This document shows positions 1-13,126 of a stretch of 64,000 nt of DNA, piece after piece. Made by a program: the position numbers and the translations under genes. The DNA comes from Lama glama (Eukaryota). Each line of letters begins with the position of its first letter. Within the stretch, counting starts at the first letter, position 1. The notes below the pieces were generated by a model, which was not told the origin of the DNA, made no database searches, and saw nothing but the letters and a program-made list of their open reading frames with translations. The stretch spans positions 12,030,001 through 12,094,000 of the forward strand of contig CM052818.1 in assembly GCA_028534125.1 (NCBI GenBank), read 5' to 3'.

Positions 1-2121
1 GAGTAAGGCACAATTAATTTGTTTGCAATCTTGTAAATCGCTGTTTTGATTAGAAAACAAAATTCGAATTCTGTGTTGGTGGGTCACTTGCCATACTTCT
101 CTTCACCCACCTGGAATGGCTAAGAGGGTAAGTGGAGGGAGGCAATCCCTCAAGTCTCACTGACCAATTTTATATCCATCGCCTAGAAACTAAATAAGAA
201 TTACAGTATAAATGCTTTAACAGAGTTTGTACATGTAGAAATGTACAAGTAGAGACACATGGTCCCCCCCCTCTAAAAACAAGAAAAAATACATAGAAAA
301 TTGTATCTAGACTTTCAGGATTTTTCCTCACCTCGTTACCACTGGGGTGGGCAAATTAATTATTTATGTATGCTGTTCTCCATTGGACAGTGTTTTATGC
401 CATCCTATGATTTAACAAGTTAACAAGAAATATCCCCAAAACAAAACAAAAAATCCCATTATTCTAACACTTTCCAGTGTTTTAGACTGAACAAGTACAA
501 ATCTCTTAAGTTGCTTCAGCTACAAATATATAAACACTCAACTACAGTTACTGATATGAATGTCTGATTCACAAACTCAGGCACAGGCAGAACTGCAACA
601 ATAAATGCGCTGATCTAGTATCACCCCATGTCAGGAAAACAAAGGGCGTAAGAGATACAGTATTATGGTTGAATACGCATGTATGCCTGTATGGGGAGTC
701 TCAGTGTTATGGCTTCTCAGCAAGTTGAATAAATTATGATTATGTATTATATAAGAAGTCTGAAAATGTCTACACCTCAGTTATATACACATATAAAATA
801 TGTCTTATACGTATGTCTTAATTATAAACTTTATGGTACAATATTAGCTTTACTGATCTATAGGGTTATATTAGTAGTCAAGTAAAAATGAAGATATTAA
901 TATATGTAAAGATCCCCAAAATAAAAATGAGGGTTATATTTATTACCATTTTATTATTTACATGATACCCTATACACCATGTGGGCCTGTTCATTAGAGA
1001 TGTCTACAATGAATGCATCTACATATTCATATTGATGAAAGAGTAAAATAATATTAGTCTTATTAAAAGAAAAACATACATATGATCATTAGAATTAAAA
1101 TGCTAGTCTTTTAGATAAAGTATTGTATTCAAAGTAGGTAAACTAAGGTGGAAAATTTGGATGCCAAGACTGTTTACATATGCCCATTACTGTGCTTTGA
1201 TCTGACCCATATATGGAAACATGTTAGTTACACGAGGGTTGTATGGACACATCGATCCCTGCAGTAAACACGTGGTGAGGTAGCTCTGATAAACTGACAC
1301 GTAAATGTAGTTCATTTTGGGAAAGGGACTGGGACGATCAAGATTCCAAGTGGAGAACTATTTCAATATAATATATGTCAGTATTTACAAATGTTATCTG
1401 TATTATTCTGTATCTGCAAGCTAGCTTTTCTGTTAAGAACTGATGCCACACTGAATTTGAAGACATTTCTATGGATCAGCCACCTCTTTTGGAAACTTCT
1501 GTGGTGACTCGCCCTACTTAAAACATAGCTGCTTTTTCCCACTGTGATACTGTATCTGTGGATAACTACTGTTGGACATATCTCGGCATAGAATGAAAAA
1601 CTGGCTATGCTGTGCTGCGTGCAACTGACTTCTCCTTAGGCCTGATCAGTGAGAAAAACAGTGAAATAGTAACCCATTCTGCTCTCAGTCTAATCTAATT
1701 CTCATGCTAATGGAGTTTAGGTGATAAAAATTGAATGTGGAATACTAAAAGTGTTTTTTGTGGCTACAAGATGATCTCTTATATAAACACCTCATAAACA
1801 AATTTTGTTTGTTTCTTCCCTAAGAAACAAAACATACTCCCACCAACACACAGGATTAAGAAAAAGGTATGTTTCTTCCACTTGAAAAATATAAGCCCTA
1901 TTTGTCCCATTTCACACTGTGGCTCTGCACGGTTAGTATCAATCACACCAAGCTCACACTACCTCCGTCTACTTGTACAATGCTAATTTGAAAATACTCC
2001 TCCTTGAAAATACCACCACCTAGAATCTAAGCTTTGGAAAACACCATGTAAAGGAACAAATATTTCACTTCAAATTCTGTATTACAACTCACGTACGTGT
2101 GATTTCATAGGTGTTATATTC

Positions 2122-2156
2122 ATGTCTGTAAGCTGTTTTATGTCTGTAAGCTGTTT
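2122..2156. repeat. 18-bp tandem duplication
   Basis: atgtctgtaagctgttt(t) x2. Confidence 0.9.
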
Positions 2157-2303
2157 GGTTTTGTAAAAAATATTTTTCAAAGTTAAGAAATTTGCTTTAG
2201 CTATCATTTGGTTGAATGGCAGTCTTCTCTGGGAGGTTAACTCCCTTTAGTGTGTCCCTTCAGACCTGCTGCTGTACATGATGGAATACTTGAAAATCTG
2301 TAC

Positions 2304-2424
2304 TTTGTTTTAGCAGTCTGGACAGCCACAGGGTCCTTCAGGTTCCGTTCCCAGGGCAGTTTCCCACATAACCACCGCAGCAGGCAGTAGCCGAGGATTT
2401 CAAGGTCACTTCGTCTGGACAGGG
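2304..2424 (-). CDS. VRK2: VRK2 coding exon (~exon 9, 121 bp): [40 protein letters not shown]
   Basis: Within ORF 2237..2596; acceptor cctatag|CCCTG, donor ACAAA|gtacag; phase 1 to 2. Confidence 0.95.
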
Positions 2425-5404
2425 CTATAGGAATAAGCATTAAGAGAGAAAGAGGAGGGATAAGCGAGTTTTGAGAAATAGAGAAATCATTGAATGAACC
2501 ACCACTGATGAAATATGAAAAAGCCAAATGGGCGATGTGTTTTGTTTGTTCAGCTGGAGTAAAACTTAAACGCCCAGGCATTTGGCCCCAGTCCACAGAC
2601 AGGCAGTGACTTGTTGCTGTTGAAAGTAAGGGTCAGTTTCCTCACCTCCTCCAACTTCATCCTTCCTTAGTCTGGCCTGTCACATGAACTTGATCTCCAT
2701 GGCCTCTGACATGATCCAGACAACCCATAACCTGGCACCAACACTTTCTCAAAGAGCCAAGCAGTAAAACAAAGAAATAAATGTCTGCAGCTAAATTGCT
2801 AACATATGTTCCAGGAAGTCCATGGGGTCTGCATTGGTCATGCAGAGACCCTTTGAGTGCAGACTAAACACTGATGGCCTTTCCTGCTCCACGCATACTA
2901 GTAGCACTTGAAATTGGAAGAATATGACAAAACTGCCATCTAGTGTGCAGTATTAAAACACAGATCAAAGTACAGGATAAAGTACGCCTCCTGTTTTGGG
3001 TACACGGATCTAAAATTGTAAAAATACTCTTTTCAGATCTAAGCAACACTAAGCTGAAATTCTGGTCAAATATCCTGAATAAAAAATATAAAGGTGAGGC
3101 AACAGTGCACAGGATGGGGCGGAGGTGGTGGGAAGTCGATTTTAAAGTCAAAGAGAGGCTTTCAGAATTTAGTATAACATGGCTTTTCACAAAAAAATGC
3201 AGTAAAAGAATATTTTTAGGCCAATATAAATATCATTTATATAAAGCTATTAAATGTCAAGACTAATTTTATCATAACTTTATGTATTTTTTTAAAGTAA
3301 CTGATTTCAAAACATGGACAATGAAATGTAAGAAACATGTCAAATATAACAAATATTACTGAAATAATGATGAAAACACTAAACAAAATCCCACAAAATA
3401 AACTCATTTTTATAACCATTCCCAAACTGTTATAAAACAATAGGCTGGTATTTACATTTCTACCATTAGCTGAATGTTCATCTGTGTAGGGATATAAAAT
3501 CTCCTAAGTGCAATATGTAGCTGTTAAACCTGCTGTAAACAGGTATCTTGTTTTACTATGTTTCATTAAATAAACTCAGAAAAGTCACTCAGTAAACTTA
3601 TTTTTAATTTAAAAAGTCATCTACTAAGAACAATGCTGCTAGCACATCATAACTACTTTTGGTCATCGTACGTAAGTTATTGTAAAAGCAGGAGACAAGG
3701 CCAGCTCTTGCGCATACTCCATCTTGAGCGCTATCAAAGTATGGGATTATTACAGGCCCTTCAATCTAGTAAGATGCCACAGTCCCGTGGGTGCCGCCTA
3801 ATTTCTGCACAAGCTTCAACAGTGTCCTAATGCAAGACCTGGCTCTCCTATTAAAATAAAAACACAATCTCTACCACACTGTTCTGGAGTCGTATCATCA
3901 GTAGTAAATCTCCCATCAATAACAGAATGGTTCCATTTGTACAGATGTGTTCACAAGTCCCTTTTCCATTATGGCAGTTTCTGATTACCACCACTTAAAA
4001 AAAATTCATATCCTCTAATTTTAGAAAAATTATATTCTGGTACCTGTGTGGACAACATGAGCTACACACAAGAGGCCCTTTCAGGAAAAACAATCAGAAT
4101 TAAAATGGAATGAACCTTCCCAGCCACTTCCCTCCACCCCCCAACTGAGGGATTAATTGATACGAAGCTGTAAGTAATGACAAGTCATTTAGATTTCTGA
4201 AGTCCATCTTTTCATAAACTGGTCTTCATTTGAAATAGCCCTTCGAGAGTTAACTTTACTTTGCTATTCTAGTTTGGTCTTACCTAATTAAAATACACTA
4301 TCACATTTTTCAACCTTTTACTTATTTGCTTTCACTGCACATGTACATTAATAACTATGATTAGGTAAACCTTTCACCACTGTTTCCACTAAGTTCTAAA
4401 GAAATACATGTAATGTTAAAAAAATATCCTATAGTGACTCTTTCCCGCCATTAAACAGTGAGATGAAAGGATTAAAAATGTTTCCAAGTAAATACCTCTC
4501 CCTGAAATTCCCTTCTGCAGAAACAAAGTGCAAAGTTTGATGTGTTTCGGAGTTTAACTCTAAGACTCTCCCAGTGATTATGTCTTCCTTCTGTCTACTG
4601 TATACAGAAGAGTAATTTTAACATCTGTTAAATTAATTAAAAATAAATATTCTAGATGACAATATTAGCATCTCTGTGTGGGTGTGTAATTAACACAATG
4701 AACTGATCATGTATCTTTAAAATACATCATCAAAATATAGATGATATGAAAAATGGTAAGTGTTGAGTCAAGGATAGAATATTTGGATATTTACTATATT
4801 ATTCTATTATTTCCTGTATATTTGAAAACAAATAAAATGATGAAAATAAAAAATAAGAATTGATCATAGTTGAAGAAGACTTAATATCTATAATTCTTTT
4901 TAATTGGAAAGTTGAAATATTTTGTGGATTATATTTTGTGGAAAGTTGTGGATTATTTTGCTTCTGTGTAATTTGTGTTTCTGTTTAATTTATTATAATG
5001 TATAAGGTTTTTCAGTTGTATTTGATAATTAACATAATTATTAACAGTACACTTTCATATAGATTTCCTTAAAACAAAAATCACATTTTTATTTACAGTA
5101 CTACTGCTTAGAAATATAGCAAGATTTCATTACTAATATTTTTCTTCTACATTCTCTTGTTAGTTCCTAAATAAAATTTAGCATCTAATTTTTATTTAGC
5201 TTATTAATATGGAGCAATGTAAATGACTCTTTCCATTGAAAGCCTGTGGTGCTCTCAGTTGCTCAACAACTGTAAATGATAAAGTATTGCCAAGAGTAAG
5301 AAAAAAAAAAAAGGCACAGGTAGAGTGAGATCTGAATTCTATTACACTAGAAAGCAGATTCCAGAAACAGCTGACACTAGAATGCATAATTAAAATAAAA
5401 ACAA

Positions 5405-5645
5405 TTGCTATGATTTATGGAGCTGCTACTGTGCCAGACACTCTAGCTGCTTTTGTATTATCTAAGTTAATTATCCTAACAATAATATAAATATCATTAA
5501 CCCTGCTGATCAATAAGAAAATAGAGGCTCAGAGAGGTTAAGTAACTTGTTCAGTATCACAGAGCAAAAATTCACAGATCTCTGTATTGAAATCCAAGTC
5601 TTTCAGAATCCAAAGCTAACACTCAATCTAATTACTTTGCCTCCA
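5405..5645 (-). mobile_element. MIR SINE
   Basis: Reverse MIR core 'gaggctcagagaggttaagtaacttg' plus 'ctactgtgccagacact'. Confidence 0.75.
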
Positions 5646-8600
5646 TTGTTAGTTTTACTGTTATTTAAACAACATCACATATGCTACTTCTATAGTTAGA
5701 GAAGTACTTCAAGCAGGCATTTTCACTTAAAACGCCCAAAGACAAACTGATGCAGAGACAGCTGTTTTGGCAAGGAATAAGTAAGCAGCAGATATTGAGG
5801 TCTTAGTTGCAGCACTACCAAAATTTTTCATCCAACTGTCCTTTCATGAAGCTGTTTCTTTCAAACTACTTCAAACAAATTCTGATAAAGAAGAGTTAGT
5901 CTAGTTAAAACATTAATTCATAAAGTGTTAAATGGTCCTTCCAATCTGGTAAGAGAACAACAGAGAAGTTACACTGGAGAACTGGTCCTTATTCTCAAAT
6001 CAGAGAGCAGTAAAATTATCTGGGTGTGATTCACCAAATGCAATGAAAGTAGAATTGGGAGAACAAGAAAAGTGTATGTGTTAAACCCCAAACAGATCTG
6101 CTTATCCGTCTGAAGTGTCTTCTGTTTAGTTTTATTTCTGATATATAGTAACATTATGAAGTATGAAGAAAAATAAGATTTGGTAGGAAATAATAAACTT
6201 GAAAACTTTTGCCTCAAGCAGACAGGGTTTAAATGCCCAAAATACTAGTTTAAATACTTAGAAATGACAGTAAGAAAGCAGAAAACATCTGAATAAGACG
6301 CTCATTTGAGAAGTGAGTGGTGGCTATCTGCAGAACAAATTTAAAGTTTCTTTTTATCTTTTCTAACTAGTAACCTATGTTATTCAGCAATTTTGTGAAT
6401 TCAGATGTATAAAGAGCTACCAAATTTTATGTTGGCCGCAATTCATTGCAATTTCAAAAGGGATGCTAGAAAACTACAATGCAATTTATCACATTTCAAA
6501 TAGGTCTCTCTTATTTTTTCAGAACTTTATATATTGTAAGCCTTAGTTTTTTTTTTTTTTTTATGAAATACTACCGTGTGAGGCTTAGGAAAAGTTATTC
6601 AACACAGCAAAGGTATCTTACATTTGGCCAATGTGGATTCTTAACCCAACCAAACAGCTCAAGATCTGTGTCAAGACTTTGAAAATCATGTCTAATGTCA
6701 AAATTGACTTATGCCACATAGAAGGAATAATGTCTTCATTATTATCTATTTATACATCAACCAAAGACATTTATAGCAGTGAAATTTACCTAAAAATAAA
6801 AATCAATAGTATGTTTTTCTGACTACTAACAGATTCAATAGAGCATATCAATAATTTGATGGTTTACCTTAGTATCTTACAATTGAAAAACGGGTTCCCT
6901 TTCATGAATTGTTCTTTAAGAAGGTAAATATTGTGTAAACCAAGTCATTTCCCCCAAGTTTGGTAGCATGAAAATACATTCTCGGTTTATTTCACAAATA
7001 TTTTGTAAGTTGGAGCGCTAAATTGGAGTGAAATGAAGCCATGCAAGAAATAACACAAGACTTGGATTTCATATACCATAGCAATTGGCAAAAATAAAAA
7101 AAAGGGATGTAATACATTTCTTTCCTTGACAATGAATATATTATATAAACAAATAGACATTTGAAATGCAGTTTAGATATATTCTATGGTCATCAATGAT
7201 GTCAAATTAAAACAGGTATTATACACTCAATGCACAGGTCTGAAGTATTTAAAAAAGCTCCATTTGTTAAGCGCAGTACATCCCTAGAGAAATTAGGTAT
7301 TGACTGCATGCCTCAGTGAGTAGAAAAATCTACAAAAATCTATACCACACATTGATCCAAATATTGCTTTTTAACATTACTAAGAATGTAACAAATTTTA
7401 AATTAGTGTGTTTGACACAGATATAATTCTCTTTAATTATCAGGCAACAAGCCCAAAATATGTCAATGTTTATACATGTTGGTTTTTATGAGGAATAAAA
7501 AATTAATAACAGACAAGATAAGCCCAACAATATATTACTCTACTTTTACACTATGTAAAGCATCGTAGCTACTCAGAAAGGTCACATAAGAGAACTGAGT
7601 TTGGAAGAATAACTGCAATTAAAAAAGTACAGATACATAGATGTACAGCAGTTCCAGGAACAGTTATCCACCCACTCAGTGATCCGTCCATCCATCTCTC
7701 TCTATCTCTATTCATAGTTTTTCGGTTTGTAATAATATAAGCTACGCTCCTTTTTAAAGTTGAACCGGAAGATGCTTAGGTGAAAACTACCTGGCCCCTC
7801 ATAGAAGTTCCTTCACTACAAAAACCTAACTAATTCACAGAAACACGAGAGTTAGCTCCAGTTTCTGAATAACCACGACAAAGGAAGCAGCGACCATGCA
7901 GTCCGACCGGGTTAACAACCTCTGTTAAGTGGGTAATTCACAGTCAGTTTTACACTGAAGGCTGAATATTTTTCTGGGCCTGATCAGACAGATAAACCTA
8001 AAACACAGCAAATGCTTTGACAGCTAGAGGTTCTTCTTCCTTGTTTTGCTCTTTATGTTTTCCTTTGCATTATCTCCCTCCGTATTTATTTGATCTCATG
8101 GCTAGACTGGTATAGAAAAGATTTTTCTGAGATTAAACTACATAGTGACTGTACTGAAAGCAAACACGTGAATATTTATGAATCTGACCTTCTGTATTTA
8201 CCTACAGGGTTTATGGCCCTGTTTATCCTATTTTCTAGATATGACAAAACAATTATTTCATTTCTAATAAAATCCTCAAGTGAAATGTTTTATTTTGGAA
8301 AATTAAATGTAAAATATTAGGAATGAATAGTATTCAAACATTTGAGGATACCAAACACTTTACTTTTTACACTAGACTAAAACTGCATATTAAATTCTCA
8401 GCATACATACATATTTATGACAGTATGTGTATATCTACCTATCTACGTATGTGTGTATATATGCATGTATACATATATGTATATCTATATGCAAATATAG
8501 ATATATCTAGAAGTTTAGTGTATATTCAAATGTATTAAGGGAATCTAATTTTTACAGCAATCTTGTGAAACCTGTGATAAAAATATTCATGCCAGCATAT

Positions 8601-10698
8601 AACTTTCTAGCAAATACCAAAAATATATATGTAGGCGCTCCCCTGAAGAGTCCTTCCAAAGAGATAGTATCTTTCTACCATCATTCTCAGTTCAATCTTC
8701 TCCCCAGAGACCCAGCATAGTGAGATCTACCCAACTCTTCAACATGAATTATTATTATTTAGGGAGAAAAAAACTTAAATGCAGTACAGAATAAAAATTT
8801 GTTCAAATTTTTCATGAAGACAGCACAATGAAAATACTGCCCTAAACTATGCAATTACTGAGGAGGACTATCAGATTTACCGCAGGGCCAGCATTCAGCA
8901 GACCGACATGTAACAAGCCTACCTTCCCACTCCACAATCGCGGTGGTTCCTAGCTATGCTAGTAGTCAAAACCTAGCTGGACCAGTATTGGTGCTACCAG
9001 GTGAACTAAGGGGCCCAATCGTAAGCTAGTAACATTATGAACGTAGCTGGACCAATGCTGAAGAATCTGTGTGATGAGCTTCCAGTTATGCCAGTATCAA
9101 ACAGTACTTGCAGGTTTCTAAAAATTCCTTCATACTAATAAATCTGGCAAAAGTAAAGAATAAAATTCATTGAGAACTTTACATTGAAAAAAACCCCACT
9201 ATTAGTGACTATTTGACTCTTACATTTCTTAATTTAATTAAAGCCATGTCCCATTTATATCTTTTTTAAATGCTCATTGATTCATTAACAATGTTAATAG
9301 TGAAAAACTACACAATATTACTAAATTTCTGAGTGACCATTACTTTTCTAACCAAACTATCCTTGAAAAAAAAATGTAGTAATTTCTTTTATTCTGATCA
9401 GGAGTATAAAAGTTAATTTCCATTCCAGAAAACGTAACGTGTGTTTCTTCCGGAAAGGAACAAGGTATACAACTGACACACTTGTTTCACTTTCATTGGC
9501 CTACCTTAAACTAGTGTGGGTTTTAATTGCTCTGGAAAATGATCAAGACCCTCTACATTACATGGTCAATGGTCCTTTTAATAGAAAAGGCAATAATATA
9601 CAGTTGTTTGCACCAACTAAAACTCGTTAGAAAGTACCAGTTTAGGGTAACAGTTCAACAGCCATTAACACGTGCAAATGTCTAATTGCCTTTTAGTGAC
9701 AATGTAGTCCTTTCGAAGCTGCTTAAAAATTATTTCTATGGTTTAGCATACTTGAAAATACTTTTATAAACAAACTTTACAAAAAATATAATTTTGAAAG
9801 CCGAAGTTTTTCAATAATCACCACTTTTTTTACTAGCATAACATTAGAATTGACTTTTTGTCTTGCTGACAGAGCAACTAAGAAAGTACAGTTGCATTGA
9901 CCATATTGATTGTGAACAAAGCAACCATCAGTGGGACGCCGCACCATATATTTTCAATATTGACCTCCTACTTCCTTTTCCATGGCTTCCTGGGTCGGCT
10001 ATTGGATTTGGACTGCAGTGTAATAAACAGCTAAGGTTTAATTAATGGTAAATGAATACAAGACATAGGTTATGACTTTAACTAATTAGGGAATTGTTGA
10101 ATTAAGTCTGCCTTGGAATGCAAGGCAGTACAATCAATATCCAATAAAAGGACTATGTATGTAATTTACCTGCAAATGTGTTTCCAATACCATCAAAGCG
10201 AGTTTAAATAAGTAAGATATATGAAAGGCGACTAGGAGAGACTTCCACAAGTTAACACTTTATAGTTTCAGAAAAGATTTCCTTATTGAGAGATGGTATC
10301 TTCTAAAACCCTGACAAGGGCACCATGAAAAACGGGAATAACGTGTTTCCTCACACATGTATCTGTACCAAATCTGCCATACGCACTATAGCATAAACAT
10401 TCAGTTGCTGACCTCCAAGTTTAACCTAAACAAACTAGTACTTTCCTGTCCCAAATGAGTATCAAGTTTTGCTTACTAGACACCCTTTTATTCATTTCTC
10501 ACTTGTCAAATTCTCTATCTCCTCCCTCTATTAGAAGAAATATTCACTGGCATACAGGAATTCACTACTTTTGATAAAAATCTCACCAATGTTCTCACTC
10601 TTCAAACTAACTATGCAAAGGTCACTTCATGGCGCCTAGGACTCTTTGCTCTAATTACTCTTCTAAAACAAAAATAAGGGAAAAAAAGAGAGACCTAC

Positions 10699-10831
10699 CT
10701 ACTCCCTTGTGGGCATCCAAGCTGGTAAACTCTATTGTCCCATTATGGCCTTTCCTCGGATTTTCCTGATACTGCTTGTGGTTCCCACTGGGACAGTATC
10801 TGTAGGAAAGTCCATAATCTGCAAGATAAAC
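10699..10831 (-). CDS. VRK2: VRK2 coding exon (~exon 8, 133 bp): [44 protein letters not shown]
   Basis: VRK-type DYG motif and activation segment; acceptor cttccag|GTTTAT, donor GGAGTAG|gtaggt; phase 0 to 1. Confidence 0.97.
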
Positions 10832-12269
10832 CTGGAAGACATGAACAGACAAATGAATAATGCTTTTGTCCTCTGAAAATATAACCTTTATAATTAAGTC
10901 TTAAGAAACTGATAGGTTAAGAAAGCAACAGACCTACATTTTAGTAACCCAAATGGTGCCTTAGGATAAAATATATACAACTAGGGGGCCATAACAAATA
11001 ACTTTCCAACTTCATCACAGGCATAGCTTGTTTCTGAGTTGACTTAGATTTCCAGTCTTTTTATTTTGCTCTTAAATTCCCTTCCCTCCAGTTGGGCATG
11101 AAGACATCATAAACCACAATGTGTCTTTTTATCTGTATTCATACAGCTTATAAGATGAGCTCTGCCTTTTCTTATAACCCCTTCCTGTAACACAAAACTG
11201 TTTCAAACAGGGAGGGGAGATGAGAGCAAACAATCTAAAAATATTAACCAAATGTTAGAGGAGTCTCCTTTAACGGGCAGTACAAAAACAGTGAACATAC
11301 TCTAAGAGGTAACCACTCTTTAAAACAAAAACAAAACAAACGCACCATCACGTTGTCCGTATTTAAGAATGGAATATCAATGCAGGACTTTTAGCCTTTC
11401 AGACCGATCCATATCATCACTGTTATCTTTGTAAGTCAGTCAGAATTGCAAGCAGGGTTTCCAAACAGAATATAGATTGTTAAAAGTCAGATAGCAATTC
11501 AAGTGAATTTTTCTCAGATTACTTTTGGAGAGAGAAAGAAGGGGGAGAAGCAGTTTTACAGATAGAGCACACACTGAACAGGGAACTGTTATGACAGGAC
11601 ATTTATACTGACATGTAGCCACACTACCATAGTTCCCTGCTGTATGTTACCATGCTCCCCCACCTAAAGAAAGCAGTTTCAACGTTTAAGCATGTGTTGT
11701 TTCACATGCATTTCTTAAAATTTAGGGACTGAGGCAACGTTTCATGATATAGCTTCAGGCAATGAAGTGTTACAATACAACTTGTATTTTAACATTTATC
11801 TATTAAAGAAAAATTAAATTTTAGCTTAAGTGTTTGGTTCCAGGATAGCCTAAGTAGGAGATATCTTGAACTTCAAAATATAAACAGCACAGTTTTCTTC
11901 ATTGGTTGGAGAACATAGCTTGCTAGTGTCTGAAAACATGATATTTCAGTTTTGTCTCCCACTCACAGATGCCAATTCTCAACATGGCCTCAGAAGTAAC
12001 TCCCCAAAGGAACTAGACTTCAGGATCATATGTATAACTGGTTGCTTGCCTTCACTATTTATGATGCATTTTTATCTTTATTTCAAGTACTCAATAGATT
12101 TCACTTTGCAAAACAGGTATCCGAAAAATGTACATATTGATAATCAGCAACATTTTAAATACATTACAGTAATTCACTATTTAAAAGACAGCTATCAAGA
12201 AGCTTTTCATGCAGTCACTAACAACAACAACAACAAACCCCTAAAATTTATGGATTATTTTATGGCTCT

Positions 12270-12465
12270 GATATGGTTATGCCTAACATGCACCAGACAG
12301 CATGCTAAGAGCTTAAGGTTTATCAGCCCACGAACAGAAATCCTGTAGGTAGGTACCATTATCTCCGTTTTACCCTTAAGCAAACTGAGGCTTAGTGACA
12401 TTATGTGACTTGTGCAGTAAAATGGAGCCAGAGTCTAACTTCAGAATCTTCATCTTAATGACTAT
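12270..12465 (-). mobile_element. MIR SINE
   Basis: 'gtaggtaccattatctccgtttt...aaactgaggcttag...gtgacttg'. Confidence 0.7.
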
Positions 12466-12470
12466 CAAAC

Positions 12471-12978
12471 TGAAATTGCACTAGATCAGATTTAAATAGA
12501 TAAGGAAGACTTTATTCAAAGCTATTGCAATAGAGAAGAGTGACTGAAGCCAACTCAACTGAAACAAAATATGGGAAAGTTTTTAAGTGCTGAGGTTGAG
12601 CTAGTGAAAAGTACTGGAGAACATTAAGGGGAGGCTGGTCAACGTGACTAGGTCATCTATGTTTGATAATTGGTGCTTAGGCTTCTAGCCTCCCTCAAAG
12701 ACTGAAGAGAAAGGAGCACACTCTTTCTTAAAGATTACATTTTAAAGAGATGACTCCTGGCTCCCAGGTGCTGGAGGTCCTTGAGAAAGACATTCTGGGG
12801 TTGTAAAACTGGCAAGACACTAAAAGAATCACATCTCCAAGGGGCAGAGAAAGAAATTACAATTTCAAATTTTCTTGGGTAAATGCAGTAAGAAACGGGA
12901 GGACAGGGGGCTATGGTTAGGAGGAAACCTGACCAAAGCTTAGTCAAGCTGAGCAGAACTTTAAGGCCTTCTTGGTCA
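12471..12978 (-). mobile_element. Solo ERV1-class LTR (MER31/MER67-like)
   Basis: Minus strand begins TG and ends CA, AATAAA near the 3' end (12511-12516); 'gttctgctcagcttgactaa...ttctttctctgcccct' typical of this LTR group. Confidence 0.6.
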
Positions 12979-13126
12979 TCACTGAGCTATGGAACTCAGG
13001 GTAGTGCTGGGTTAGTCCAACTTTGAAGGGCAATGCAGGATCTACATTTAATATAAAGACAAGAAATTAATAATATAGTAAAGAAAACATGCACTAACCA
13101 TTTGACTCAGAATACACTAACTGATT

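Noticed and set aside
11902..12348. 148-aa plus-strand ORF
   Set aside because: No recognisable domain, non-ATG start, and it runs into a MIR; likely a chance ORF
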